Part shown: positions 19,432 to 27,973 of the stretch, one piece after another
Position numbering within the stretch: the first letter of the stretch is position 1
How the letters are laid out: the number at the start of each line of letters is the position of its first letter
Origin: an uncultured bacterium
Lineage (GTDB): Bacteria; Gemmatimonadota; Gemmatimonadetes; Gemmatimonadales; Gemmatimonadaceae
NCBI GenBank assembly: GCA_963978095.1
Contig: CAXBQP010000002.1
Location: 32,001-96,000, forward strand
Direction: 5' to 3'
Length of the DNA: 64,000 nucleotides
Program-made: the position numbers and the translations under genes
The notes under the pieces: model-generated
Told to the model about the DNA's origin: nothing
The model's database searches: none
What the model saw: the letters and a program-made list of their open reading frames with translations, nothing else

Positions 19432-20022
19432 ATGAAACGACTGCTGATTCCCTTCGCCGCGGCACTCCTTGCCGCCGCATCCGGTACCTCCGCGCTCTCC
19501 GTGTCGCAGGCCAAGGCCGCGGCGGCGGAAGCTCAGGCCAAAGCGAAAGTGGTCCACGACAGCCTCGCGCGCGTGGCCGCGGACTCCCTGAAGCGTGTGG
19601 CAGAGGCCAAGCGCGTGGCCGACAGCACCACCGCGGACAGCATCATGGCGTCGGCGTCCCACGCCGCCCCGACACCCGCCACCGTCCCGGCAACCCCTGC
19701 CGCCAAGACGCCCGTCGCGACTGCCGTTGTCAACAAGAGAAGCACCACGCCCGAGCTGAAGCCGCCGACGGCCGGTCTGCTGGCCGGCCCGCTGCAGAGC
19801 GGTGACGCGGTGCTGCCCAGCGGCCGTCTCTCCAAGATTTTCGCCACCATGTCCGCCAAGGACGCCGCCAAGGTGCTCGCGCACCTCGATGACGTCGATG
19901 TGTCGCGCATCCTCGGCGCGGTCAACGACAAGCGGGCGGCCGAGATCCTCGCGCTCCTGCCGTCGGAACGCGCCGCCGCCATCAGCAAGTCCGCGCTCAA
20001 GTCACCCGCGAGCGGCAAGTGA
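19432..20022 (+). CDS. MotE/FlbB-like exported protein (MgtE N-terminal-like domain)
   Basis: Signal peptide, then LSKIFATMSAKDAAKVL...ILGAVNDKRAAEILALLPSERAA. Confidence 0.8.
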   Translation: MKRLLIPFAAALLAAASGTSALSVSQAKAAAAEAQAKAKVVHDSLARVAADSLKRVAEAKRVADSTTADSIMASASHAAPTPATVPATPAAKTPVATAVVNKRSTTPELKPPTAGLLAGPLQSGDAVLPSGRLSKIFATMSAKDAAKVLAHLDDVDVSRILGAVNDKRAAEILALLPSERAAAISKSALKSPASGK

Positions 20023-21509
20023 ACAGCATCCCGTCGTTCGTTCCGGTCAACGCACCGGTCGCGCCGACGGCCGACGCCTTCGCCGATGCGCTGAGTGGCG
20101 CAACCTCGTCCAGCGCCTTTGCCGGTGCCTTGGACCGCGCCACACGGGTTCGTGAGACCGACGATCTGGATGCAGCCAACGCCGAGAAGGCGGAAAAGAA
20201 GCGCCGCGAACAGGATGACGCCGAGCGTGCCGCGTCCGGCTCCACCGGTGAAACGAGCTCCGGGACGAGTGCCCTGCGTGCGTTGCTGGCTCGTGCCTCG
20301 CTCGAATCGTCTGGCGTGACCACCCGGGTCGATGCGCTCATCACGGAAAAAGCCGCTCGCGAAGCTGCGGGGAGTGATCCGTCGATCGTCTTCAAGGATC
20401 CGGCACTCCTGCAGCCGGAGTTCCGCAGCAAGCTGGCGCGTGTCGTGCAGCGCGTGAAGGGCGAGACCGGCGCCGATGTCACGATCGCCGAGACCTGGCG
20501 GAGCCAGACGCGACAGAATGCGCTCTATGACCAGGGGCGCTCGACGAGCGGCCCGGTGGTGACCTGGACCCAGAACTCGCGCCATTCGTCCGGGTTGGCC
20601 GCGGATCTCGTGGTCGCAGGCGGCACGGCGAGCCAGTACGCCGCCATGCAACAGATCGCCAATGAGGAAGGGCTTCGGACGCTCGGCGCCAAGGACCCTG
20701 GCCACGTCGAACTGAATCTCGGTACCCTGCAGCAGCAAACCGGCGCGTCAGTGCTTGGCGCGGAGATCAGCGTGGCGGCCCCCGGTCAACAGGCCTCGCT
20801 GGCGCAAGGCGCACAGGTGGCACAGGTGGCCACGGTCGCCCAGGTGGCGGATGTCGCGGAGGTGGCCCATGTCGCCACGATCGCGACCCCTGGCGTTGCG
20901 TCGAAGTCTGACAGCACGGCGGCGGCCGCCACGGGCGCCGGCGCCTCCGTTCGGTCCACCAAGTCGTCGCGTTCGTCGCGCTCCTCTTCCGACTCGCGTA
21001 ACGAGGGCTCGAACGCCGGCAACGGTGGCAGCGGCACGAGAACGCCACAGCCGGCCTTGGTGTCCCAGCTCGGCAGCCCGGTCAACACCGGCGGTGTGAG
21101 TGCCCCGCGGTTCGTCGCGCCGCTGCCCAGCGATGCCGCGGCCCGCGTGGATCGCGTCTTGGCGCTGCAGGATGCCCGTGCCGCTCAGCCCATGAATCAG
21201 ATGCTGCTCCGCGTCGACGACGGCGCCGGCGGCGAGGACCGGATCCGCATCGGGACGATCGGGTCGCGCGTGGGCGCGACGATCGACCTCGCGGACCCCA
21301 CACTCGCGGCCCAGATCGGCCTGCGGGCCGCCGAACTCGGCAAGACGCTGGCTGCACGCGGCCTCTCGATGGATGCGCTGCGCGTGCGCGGCACCGGCGG
21401 CCCCGCGTCGACGACGAACGACCTGCTCAACGCGCTCGTCGCCAATGGCGACCTTGCCCCGACTCCTTCCCGTCGCCGCACCGGCGGCACCACCGGATCC
21501 CAGCCATGA
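20019..21509 (+). CDS. fliK: FliK-like hook-length control protein containing an M15 peptidase domain
   Basis: Lies before flgD, has low-complexity linkers and a C-terminal T3S4-like domain. Internal ETWRS..RQNALYDQGR, SRHSSGLAAD and DPGHVEL. Confidence 0.72.
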   Translation: MNSIPSFVPVNAPVAPTADAFADALSGATSSSAFAGALDRATRVRETDDLDAANAEKAEKKRREQDDAERAASGSTGETSSGTSALRALLARASLESSGVTTRVDALITEKAAREAAGSDPSIVFKDPALLQPEFRSKLARVVQRVKGETGADVTIAETWRSQTRQNALYDQGRSTSGPVVTWTQNSRHSSGLAADLVVAGGTASQYAAMQQIANEEGLRTLGAKDPGHVELNLGTLQQQTGASVLGAEISVAAPGQQASLAQGAQVAQVATVAQVADVAEVAHVATIATPGVASKSDSTAAAATGAGASVRSTKSSRSSRSSSDSRNEGSNAGNGGSGTRTPQPALVSQLGSPVNTGGVSAPRFVAPLPSDAAARVDRVLALQDARAAQPMNQMLLRVDDGAGGEDRIRIGTIGSRVGATIDLADPTLAAQIGLRAAELGKTLAARGLSMDALRVRGTGGPASTTNDLLNALVANGDLAPTPSRRRTGGTTGSQP

Positions 21510-22189
21510 CCATCCCGATGATCGGTTCGACCGCTGCCAGCAGCGGGGCAACGACGAGCGCGGCCGCCAAGACCATGCTGGGCAAGGACGACTTCATGAA
21601 GTTGCTCGTGGCCCAGATGCAGCATCAGGATCCGCTCAATCCGAGCGACAGTTCCCAGATGGCGGCGCAGTTGGCGCAGTTCTCGTCGCTCGAGCAGCTC
21701 ACCAACATCTCACAACAGATGGCGACGCAGGCCTCGGATTCCGCGACGCTCGTGAACACGGTCAACAACTCCTCGGCCATCGGCCTGCTCGGCAAGACCG
21801 TCACCGTCCTGGACGACACCGTGCAGGTGGGAGGATCCTCTCCGACCACGACCGCGTCGACGATGGTTGGCGCCGGCGGTGGCGACTTCACCGTACGACT
21901 CGAAGACGCGAATGGCTACACCGTGGCGACGCAGCATGTGGGACGTGTCTCCGGCGGTCAGCAGAACGTGTCCCTCGATTCGCTCACCAGTGGGCTCCCG
22001 GCGGGGAACTACAAGGTCGTCTTCGATGTGACCAATGGCGTTGGCAGCACGCAAACGATCGCGCATCCGACCGCCACCGTCGCCGCCCACGTGGACGGCA
22101 TCGGCTTTGGCACGAATGGTGCAGTGGTCAGCAGCGGTTCCAAGCAGTACACGATCGGACAAGTGCTCTCCGTCCACGCGACCAACTAA
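21506..22189 (+). CDS. flgD: Hook capping protein FlgD
   Basis: LGKDDFMKLLVAQMQHQDPLNP...AQLAQFSSLEQLTNI. Confidence 0.96.
   Translation: MTIPMIGSTAASSGATTSAAAKTMLGKDDFMKLLVAQMQHQDPLNPSDSSQMAAQLAQFSSLEQLTNISQQMATQASDSATLVNTVNNSSAIGLLGKTVTVLDDTVQVGGSSPTTTASTMVGAGGGDFTVRLEDANGYTVATQHVGRVSGGQQNVSLDSLTSGLPAGNYKVVFDVTNGVGSTQTIAHPTATVAAHVDGIGFGTNGAVVSSGSKQYTIGQVLSVHATN
22108..22123 (+). promoter_or_regulatory. Sigma54 motif inside flgD, upstream of flgE (TGGCACGAATGGTGCA)
   Basis: GG-N10-GC with TGGCAC. Confidence 0.6.
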
Positions 22190-22207
22190 TCCGCACCGAG
22201 GATCTCC

Positions 22208-23521
22208 ATGCTGAACTCGCTCAACACCGGACTCGCGGGACTGAAGAACCACCAGTCCATGATGGACATGATCGGCAACAACATCGCCAACGTGAACACC
22301 CTCGCCTTCAAGTCTGGCCGCATGACCTTCAAGGAAGGGTTCGCGGACATGCTGCAGGGCGCCACGGCCCCGACGACTGGTCAGGGCGGCTCGAATCCGA
22401 TGCAGCTCGGACTCGGCTCGACGATCGGCGCCATCGATACGTCGTTCACGCAGGGCAACTTCCAGTCCACCGGGCGCAACACGGACCTCGCAATCACCGG
22501 CAGCGCCATGTTCGTGACGCGCTCCGGCAATCAGCAACTGTACACCCGCTCCGGCAACTTCCAAGTGGATGGGAACGGCACGCTCATCGCGCCGCCGACC
22601 GGCGCCGTGGTGCAGGGTCGTCTCGCCACCAATGGCATCCTGGGCACCAGCGTCGGCGACATCGTGCTGCCCTTCGGGCAGAAGACGGCCGCGCACGCGA
22701 CCACGTCCATGAAGCTGTCGGGCAACCTCGATGCCTCCGCCCCGGTGTTCGACACCAGCTCGTACCAAGGCAGCGCCGAGGGGTTCAACGCCACCACCGG
22801 CGCGAATCCCGTCAACGCCAAGTCCTGGAGCGAGTCCTCGCTCACCGTCTACGACTCGCTCGGCAACAAGTACGACGTGCGCGTCAACCTGTGGAAGTCG
22901 GGCACCTCGGAGTGGACGTGGGCGGTCGACCCGCAGAGTCTCACCGACGCCAAGGTTCCGGCAGATTCGATCTCCGGCGGTGGTGTGCTCAGCTTCGGCC
23001 CGGATGGCATGCTGACCGCGCCGAGCCCGGGCACAATCAACTTCGCGCCGCCGGGCGCCAAGCCCGTCATCATCAACGTGGACCCCGGGAGCGGAGTCAA
23101 CGGACTCACCGACATCGCCTCTCCGACCACCGCCGTGTTGCGCGATCAGGACGGCTACACCTCCGGCCTGCTGCAAGATTTCACGATCGACCGCAACGGC
23201 GTAATCTCGGGATCGTTCAGCAATGGTCAAACGCTGACGCTGGCCCAGGTGTCGCTCGCCGACTTCAACAACCCCGACGGACTCATCCGTGCCGGCGACA
23301 ACATGTATCAGGCCTCGGCCAACTCCGGCAGCCCCGTCCTCGGCTTCGCCGGCGAAGGCAGCCCGTCGAGCATCACGAGCGGCGCGCTCGAGCTGTCCAA
23401 CGTGGACCTGGCCAGCGAGTTCACGCAGATGATCGTTGCGCAACGTGGCTTCCAAGCCAATAGCAAGGTCATCACGACGTCGGACGAAATGCTGCAGGAA
23501 ATCATGCTGCTCAAGCGCTGA
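22208..23521 (+). CDS. flgE: Hook protein FlgE
   Basis: IGNNIANVNT, YTRSGNF, VYDSLG and LELSNVDLASEFTQMIVAQRGFQANSKVITTSD. Confidence 0.97.
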   Translation: MLNSLNTGLAGLKNHQSMMDMIGNNIANVNTLAFKSGRMTFKEGFADMLQGATAPTTGQGGSNPMQLGLGSTIGAIDTSFTQGNFQSTGRNTDLAITGSAMFVTRSGNQQLYTRSGNFQVDGNGTLIAPPTGAVVQGRLATNGILGTSVGDIVLPFGQKTAAHATTSMKLSGNLDASAPVFDTSSYQGSAEGFNATTGANPVNAKSWSESSLTVYDSLGNKYDVRVNLWKSGTSEWTWAVDPQSLTDAKVPADSISGGGVLSFGPDGMLTAPSPGTINFAPPGAKPVIINVDPGSGVNGLTDIASPTTAVLRDQDGYTSGLLQDFTIDRNGVISGSFSNGQTLTLAQVSLADFNNPDGLIRAGDNMYQASANSGSPVLGFAGEGSPSSITSGALELSNVDLASEFTQMIVAQRGFQANSKVITTSDEMLQEIMLLKR

Positions 23522-23533
23522 TCACGGCGCCGC

Positions 23534-23575
23534 CAGAACGCCGCCCTCCACCGGAGGGCGGCGTTCTGCTATTTC
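23534..23575 (+). terminator. Terminator after flgE
   Basis: 16-bp perfect stem CAGAACGCCGCCCTCC/GGAGGGCGGCGTTCTG followed by CTATTTC. Confidence 0.75.
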
Positions 23576-23585
23576 GATGCGCCGG

Positions 23586-23723
23586 TCGGCAAGAGTTGCC
23601 GCATGAGTGAAAGGCACCCCGGACAGCGCTCGCTTTTCCTGAAATATCACACTGTAAGTCATTGTATGTCAATGATTTATCAGTCATTGCCGGCGGTGTG
23701 CTGTCTCTGGCACGGCCTTTGCT
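23586..23723 (+). promoter_or_regulatory. fliL promoter region: palindrome TCGGCA-N5-TGCCGC (23586), IHF-like AT tract (~23655-23680), sigma54 TGGCACGGCCTTTGCT (23708)
   Basis: Motifs read directly from the sequence. Confidence 0.8.
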
Positions 23724-23766
23724 GTTTATCGCCCCAGAAAGACACCCGATTACTCCTGCCCAGACT

Positions 23767-24300
23767 ATGACAGTCCCGAACACCGCCACGGAAGGCGCCG
23801 AGCAGCCCGCGAAGAAGCCCGGCATGATGCCTATCATCGCAGCCGCGCTCATCGGGATCCTTGTCGGCGCCGCGGCTGGGAGCTTCGTCATCGGACCCAA
23901 GCTTGCCGCATCGATGCACATCGGTACGATGACTGCCGCCGACTCCGCCAAGCTCGCGGAGGCGGAAGCGCCCTCGGGCAAGGAGGGCAAAGAAGGGGCG
24001 TCGAACGTGCACATGATCGAGAACCTCGTCCTGAATCCGGCGGGCTCCAACGGCTCGCGTTTCCTGCTGGTGTCCGTCGGCCTCACGATGAACTCCACGG
24101 GCGCCGCGGCGCGCGTCAAGGAACAGGACGCCGAGGTGCGGGACATCGTCCTGCGCGTTCTCGGCAGCCGCTCAATCAATGACCTCTCGGAGGTCGGCAA
24201 TCGCGACCGGCTCAAACAGGACATCCTCTCCGCCGTCGACTCGCTGTTCAAGGGTCGTTCCGTGAAGAGCGTCTACTTTCCGCAGTTCGTGCTCCAGTGA
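23767..24300 (+). CDS. fliL: FliL
   Basis: Single TM, then NLVLNPAGSNGSRFL, EVRD and VYFPQFVLQ. Confidence 0.92.
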   Translation: MTVPNTATEGAEQPAKKPGMMPIIAAALIGILVGAAAGSFVIGPKLAASMHIGTMTAADSAKLAEAEAPSGKEGKEGASNVHMIENLVLNPAGSNGSRFLLVSVGLTMNSTGAAARVKEQDAEVRDIVLRVLGSRSINDLSEVGNRDRLKQDILSAVDSLFKGRSVKSVYFPQFVLQ

Positions 24301-25286
24301 CCGCGCCCGCGTCGAATCCTTCGGACGTCGCGGGCGAGGCGCGCGACACCCTGTCGGCGGGTGCGACCCTCGGCGGCAAGGCGGCCAAGCCCGTCACGGT
24401 TCATCCGTACGATTTCAACCGCCCGTACCGTATCTCGACCGACCGCATGCGCACGCTCGAAGCCATCTTCGAGCGCCTGTGCAAGTCGCTCGAAGCGTGG
24501 TTGATCGGCCGCGTGCGCAAGCAGGTGGAGTTCCGTCTGCTGAGTGTCGAACAGAAGACCTTCGGGGAGTTCACCCAGACCCTGCCGGTGCCGTGCGCGA
24601 GCTTCGGCTTCGAGATCGTCAACGCCGGTGGCCAGAAGGGGGTCATCAACTCCGGCGACCTGTTCTCGTTCTTCGTGGTGGATCGCCTGTTCGGCGGTGC
24701 CGGCAAATCGTCCGCCCTCTCCCGCACGTTGACCGTGATCGAGCGCATGACAGTCAAGCTGGTCGTCGAGCGCATCGGCAGCTTGCTGTCCGAGATCTGG
24801 ATGGACTACGTGCCGCTTCAGATCGAGATCACCTCGTTCGAGTCCGTGCCGGAGATGGTGCAGGCCGGGAGCCGCCAGGACCCCGTGCTGGTGGCGAACA
24901 TCGAGTTCTATGCGGATGGCGAGAGCGCGTTGATTCCGATCTGCCTCCCGTTCGGCGTGCTGGACTCGTTCTTCTCGTCCATCGAACAGCAGCGCGTCAA
25001 GCCGATGTCCGGGAGCGACGATGAGCGTCGCGTGACCCGTGAACGGGCGGAAGGCACATTGCGCAGCACGAACGTCGAGGTCTCGGCGCGCCTCCCGCGT
25101 TTCACCCTTCCCTTCCGCATGGTCCTCGGATTGCCGGTCGGTGGCGTCATGGCCACGCCGATCAGTGCGGACACGCCGATGGAACTCTGGGTCGGGGATG
25201 AACCGCGCTATCGCGGTGTGCCCGGCCGCTCTGGCACGAAACTCGCTCTACGAATCACCGAAGACGTCGACGCAACGTCGCGCTAA
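24297..25286 (+). CDS. fliM: Motor switch protein FliM (no canonical N-terminal CheY-binding peptide)
   Basis: PYDFNRPYRIS, VDRLFGGAG, RTLTVIE and a SpoA-like C-terminus. Confidence 0.9.
   Translation: MTAPASNPSDVAGEARDTLSAGATLGGKAAKPVTVHPYDFNRPYRISTDRMRTLEAIFERLCKSLEAWLIGRVRKQVEFRLLSVEQKTFGEFTQTLPVPCASFGFEIVNAGGQKGVINSGDLFSFFVVDRLFGGAGKSSALSRTLTVIERMTVKLVVERIGSLLSEIWMDYVPLQIEITSFESVPEMVQAGSRQDPVLVANIEFYADGESALIPICLPFGVLDSFFSSIEQQRVKPMSGSDDERRVTRERAEGTLRSTNVEVSARLPRFTLPFRMVLGLPVGGVMATPISADTPMELWVGDEPRYRGVPGRSGTKLALRITEDVDATSR
25232..25247 (+). promoter_or_regulatory. Sigma54-like motif in the end of fliM (TGGCACGAAACTCGCT)
   Basis: GG-N10-GC upstream of fliN, with an imperfect -12 box. Confidence 0.45.
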
Positions 25287-25308
25287 ACTCGTCACTCCGA
25301 CGCCCATC

Positions 25309-25632
25309 ATGTCCGATCTCACGCAGACGCCCGAATACGAAGAGCTTGCGCCCGGCACCTCGATCACCGGGGAAGTGCCCTTGTCGATGATGCTCGACCT
25401 CTCGCTGCCGGTCTCGATTGAACTGGGCCGCACGAAGATGACCGTCCAGGAGATCCTGAACCTCGGCCGCGGATCCGTGGTGCAACTGGACCGTCTGGCT
25501 GGCGAACCGATCGATGTCTATGTCGGCGATCGTCGGTTCGCGGAAGGCGAAGTCGTCGTCATGAACGAGTATTTCGGGATCCGCATCACGCGGCTCCTCG
25601 GCGCGTCGGCGCTGGCCGACGTCGCGGCGTAG
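25309..25632 (+). CDS. fliN: Motor switch protein FliN
   Basis: VSIELGRT..TVQEIL.LG.GSVVQLDRLAGEPID...AEGEVVV..YFGIRIT. Confidence 0.95.
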   Translation: MSDLTQTPEYEELAPGTSITGEVPLSMMLDLSLPVSIELGRTKMTVQEILNLGRGSVVQLDRLAGEPIDVYVGDRRFAEGEVVVMNEYFGIRITRLLGASALADVAA

Positions 25633-25653
25633 CACGACCGCACGACCGGGGCC

Positions 25654-26898
25654 ATGACGGTTTCGTCGTTCATCGGCGTCCTCGGGACGCTGGGCTTGGT
25701 CCTCGGATTGCTCCTCGTCACCCTCCGGCTGCTGAAGCGGTTGTCGGTCACGACCGCGACGGGACTTGCGCCGCTCCCGTTGCGCGTCGAGCAGCGGTTG
25801 GCGATCGGCCCGCGCCAAGGGATCGCGATCGTCCGCATCGGAAGCCGCGTAGTCGCCGTATCAACCGGCGAAGGGGGGGTGCGCCGCATCGCCGACGTCA
25901 CGGACGATGCCCAAGCGCTCAACCCCTCACGGGGAGACGACAACGCCGACGCATCGACCACCGTGGGCGGTCCGGATGCCAACGCCCCAGCGGGCTTCGG
26001 CACCATCCTTCGCACCGCCATCAAGCGTTCGGTTCCACTTGCCCTGGTGGTGGCCGTCGCCGTCCAGAGTGCCGGCGCGCAGGGGACGACCAAGGCCGCC
26101 GCGAAGCCGGTCACGAAAGCGGCCGCCACCACCAAAGCCGGCGCCAAGCCGACGCCCCCAGCCGCGCCGTCGATCCAGCCGGTCGCCACCGCCGGCCGAG
26201 CCGATACGATGATCACCAAGCTCGCGCCGAAGATCGACCTGCGCGTCGGTGGCGAGAACGCCTCCGGCCTGCGCTTGTCCGGCACCGTCGGTGTGATCGT
26301 ACTCATGGGGCTGCTCACCCTGCTCCCCACGTTGGTCCTCATGATGACCGGCTTCACGCGCATCATGATCGTCCTGAGCTTTCTCAAGCAGGCCATCGGC
26401 GCGCAAAGTGCGCCGCCGACGCAGTTGGTGGCCGGACTCGCGATGTTGCTCACCGGGTTCGTCATGGCGCCGACGCTGTCCGACGTCAACAGGACCGCGC
26501 TCGAGCCGTGGATGGACGGCAAGATGGAACAGGCCCAGATGCTGAGCGAGGGCGTGAAGCCCTTTCGCGCCTTCATGTTGCGCCAGGTCCGCTCGACCGA
26601 TCTGGCCACCTACATGAAGATCAGCCGTCAGGCCCCGGTCGCCAGCGTGCAGGATGTCCCCTTGGTCGTCCTGACCTCGGCGTTCGTCACGAGTGAGTTG
26701 CGGACGTCCTTCCAGATCGGCTTCGCGCTCTTCCTGCCATTCATCGTCATCGACATCGTCGTGGCCTCGGTGCTCATGTCGATGGGCATGATGATGGTGC
26801 CGCCGGCCATGATCGCATTGCCCTTCAAGTTGCTGCTCTTCGTGCTCGTCGACGGGTGGTCGCTCGTGATCCAAGGCCTCGTCCAGAGCTTCAACTGA
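25654..26898 (+). CDS. fliP: FliO-FliP fusion protein
   Basis: FliO-like N-terminus (TM plus LRVEQRLAIGPRQGIAIVRIG) in frame with FliP (MMTGFTRIMIVLS, AFVTSELRTSFQIG, LPFKLLLFVLVDGW). Confidence 0.9.
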   Translation: MTVSSFIGVLGTLGLVLGLLLVTLRLLKRLSVTTATGLAPLPLRVEQRLAIGPRQGIAIVRIGSRVVAVSTGEGGVRRIADVTDDAQALNPSRGDDNADASTTVGGPDANAPAGFGTILRTAIKRSVPLALVVAVAVQSAGAQGTTKAAAKPVTKAAATTKAGAKPTPPAAPSIQPVATAGRADTMITKLAPKIDLRVGGENASGLRLSGTVGVIVLMGLLTLLPTLVLMMTGFTRIMIVLSFLKQAIGAQSAPPTQLVAGLAMLLTGFVMAPTLSDVNRTALEPWMDGKMEQAQMLSEGVKPFRAFMLRQVRSTDLATYMKISRQAPVASVQDVPLVVLTSAFVTSELRTSFQIGFALFLPFIVIDIVVASVLMSMGMMMVPPAMIALPFKLLLFVLVDGWSLVIQGLVQSFN

Positions 26899-27167
26899 TG
26901 AACGACGCCGCGATCGTCGACCTGGCCCGCAACGCGCTGCTCATGGCGGTCACCCTCGCCGCCCCCATGCTGATGGTCGCGCTCGTGGTGGGGCTGCTGG
27001 TGTCGATCGTGCAGGCCGTGACGCAGATCCAGGAGCAGACGCTGGCGTTCGTGCCCAAGCTGATGGCCGTTGCCATGGTCTTCCTGATCGGCCTGCCGTG
27101 GATGATCCAGATGGCCGGCAAGTACACCACCGAACTGCTGCGCTCGATCCCGTCGCTGGCACACTGA
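26898..27167 (+). CDS. fliQ: FliQ
   Basis: GLLVSIVQAVTQIQEQTLAFVPK. Confidence 0.96.
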   Translation: MNDAAIVDLARNALLMAVTLAAPMLMVALVVGLLVSIVQAVTQIQEQTLAFVPKLMAVAMVFLIGLPWMIQMAGKYTTELLRSIPSLAH

Positions 27168-27958
27168 TGGTCGCCGCGGCGTTCGACCCCTTCGCGCCAG
27201 GATCGGCGGAGACGCTAGCCCTCTTCGGCGCTCGCGTGGGTGGCATGATGCTGGTCGCCCCGTCGTTCTCCTCGAATCTCGTCTCACGTCAGGCACGCGT
27301 CGCGCTCACGGTCGTGCTGACCGTGCTGCTGCAACCCGCGGCCCTCGCCTCGGTTCATGGCGTCCCAGCCATGACGGCGACGGCGTTCCTGTCCGAAACC
27401 ATCATCGGGTTCGCGATCGGGTTCGGCGCCGCGCTCTTCATCGGGGCCGCGGAAACGGCCGGTGACGTGATGTCCATCCAGATCGGCCTCAGCGGCGCCG
27501 CGATCCTCGACCCGACCGACCATTCGCAGTTGCCGGTACTCGGTGCGTTCACGCGCGTGCTCGTGCTCACGCTGATGCTCAGCTTCGACCTGCATACCTC
27601 CCTGCTCTCCGCGCTCGCCGACAGCACGCTCGCGCTGCCGGTCGGTGTGCCCTTGGCCCTCGAATCCGGTGCGAAGGCGCTCCTCCTCGAAGGCGGGGCG
27701 ATGTTCGCCATCGGCGTGCGGCTGGCCGCGCCGGTGATCGCCTGCGTCCTGCTCGCCAACGTCGCGATCGCCGTGCTCGGCCGCGCTGCCCCGCAGCTGA
27801 ACATCCTGACCGTCGCCTTCCCGATCCAAATCACGGTAGGTCTGCTGGCCTTCTTTGCCTCGTTGCCGGCCATCGCCCGGTTCATGAGCGGCTGGAACGG
27901 CATCTACGACTCCATGCTCGGTGATGTTGTGCGAGGGCTGACCCTCGTCCACGGGTGA
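27167..27958 (+). CDS. fliR: FliR
   Basis: Hydrophobic, with AGDVMSIQIGL and GRAAPQLNILTVAFP. Confidence 0.93.
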   Translation: MVAAAFDPFAPGSAETLALFGARVGGMMLVAPSFSSNLVSRQARVALTVVLTVLLQPAALASVHGVPAMTATAFLSETIIGFAIGFGAALFIGAAETAGDVMSIQIGLSGAAILDPTDHSQLPVLGAFTRVLVLTLMLSFDLHTSLLSALADSTLALPVGVPLALESGAKALLLEGGAMFAIGVRLAAPVIACVLLANVAIAVLGRAAPQLNILTVAFPIQITVGLLAFFASLPAIARFMSGWNGIYDSMLGDVVRGLTLVHG

Positions 27959-27973
27959 TCTCGGAACCCCACC

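Noticed and set aside
20800..20890. AQVAQVATVAQVADVAEVAHVA 9-nt periodic repeat as a CRISPR or mobile repeat
   Set aside because: An in-frame low-complexity peptide in the FliK-like linker, with no spacers or cas genes.
21373..23463. 696-aa + strand and 581-aa - strand ORFs over flgD/flgE
   Set aside because: Alternative frames of well-supported genes, with Arg-rich or shadow composition.
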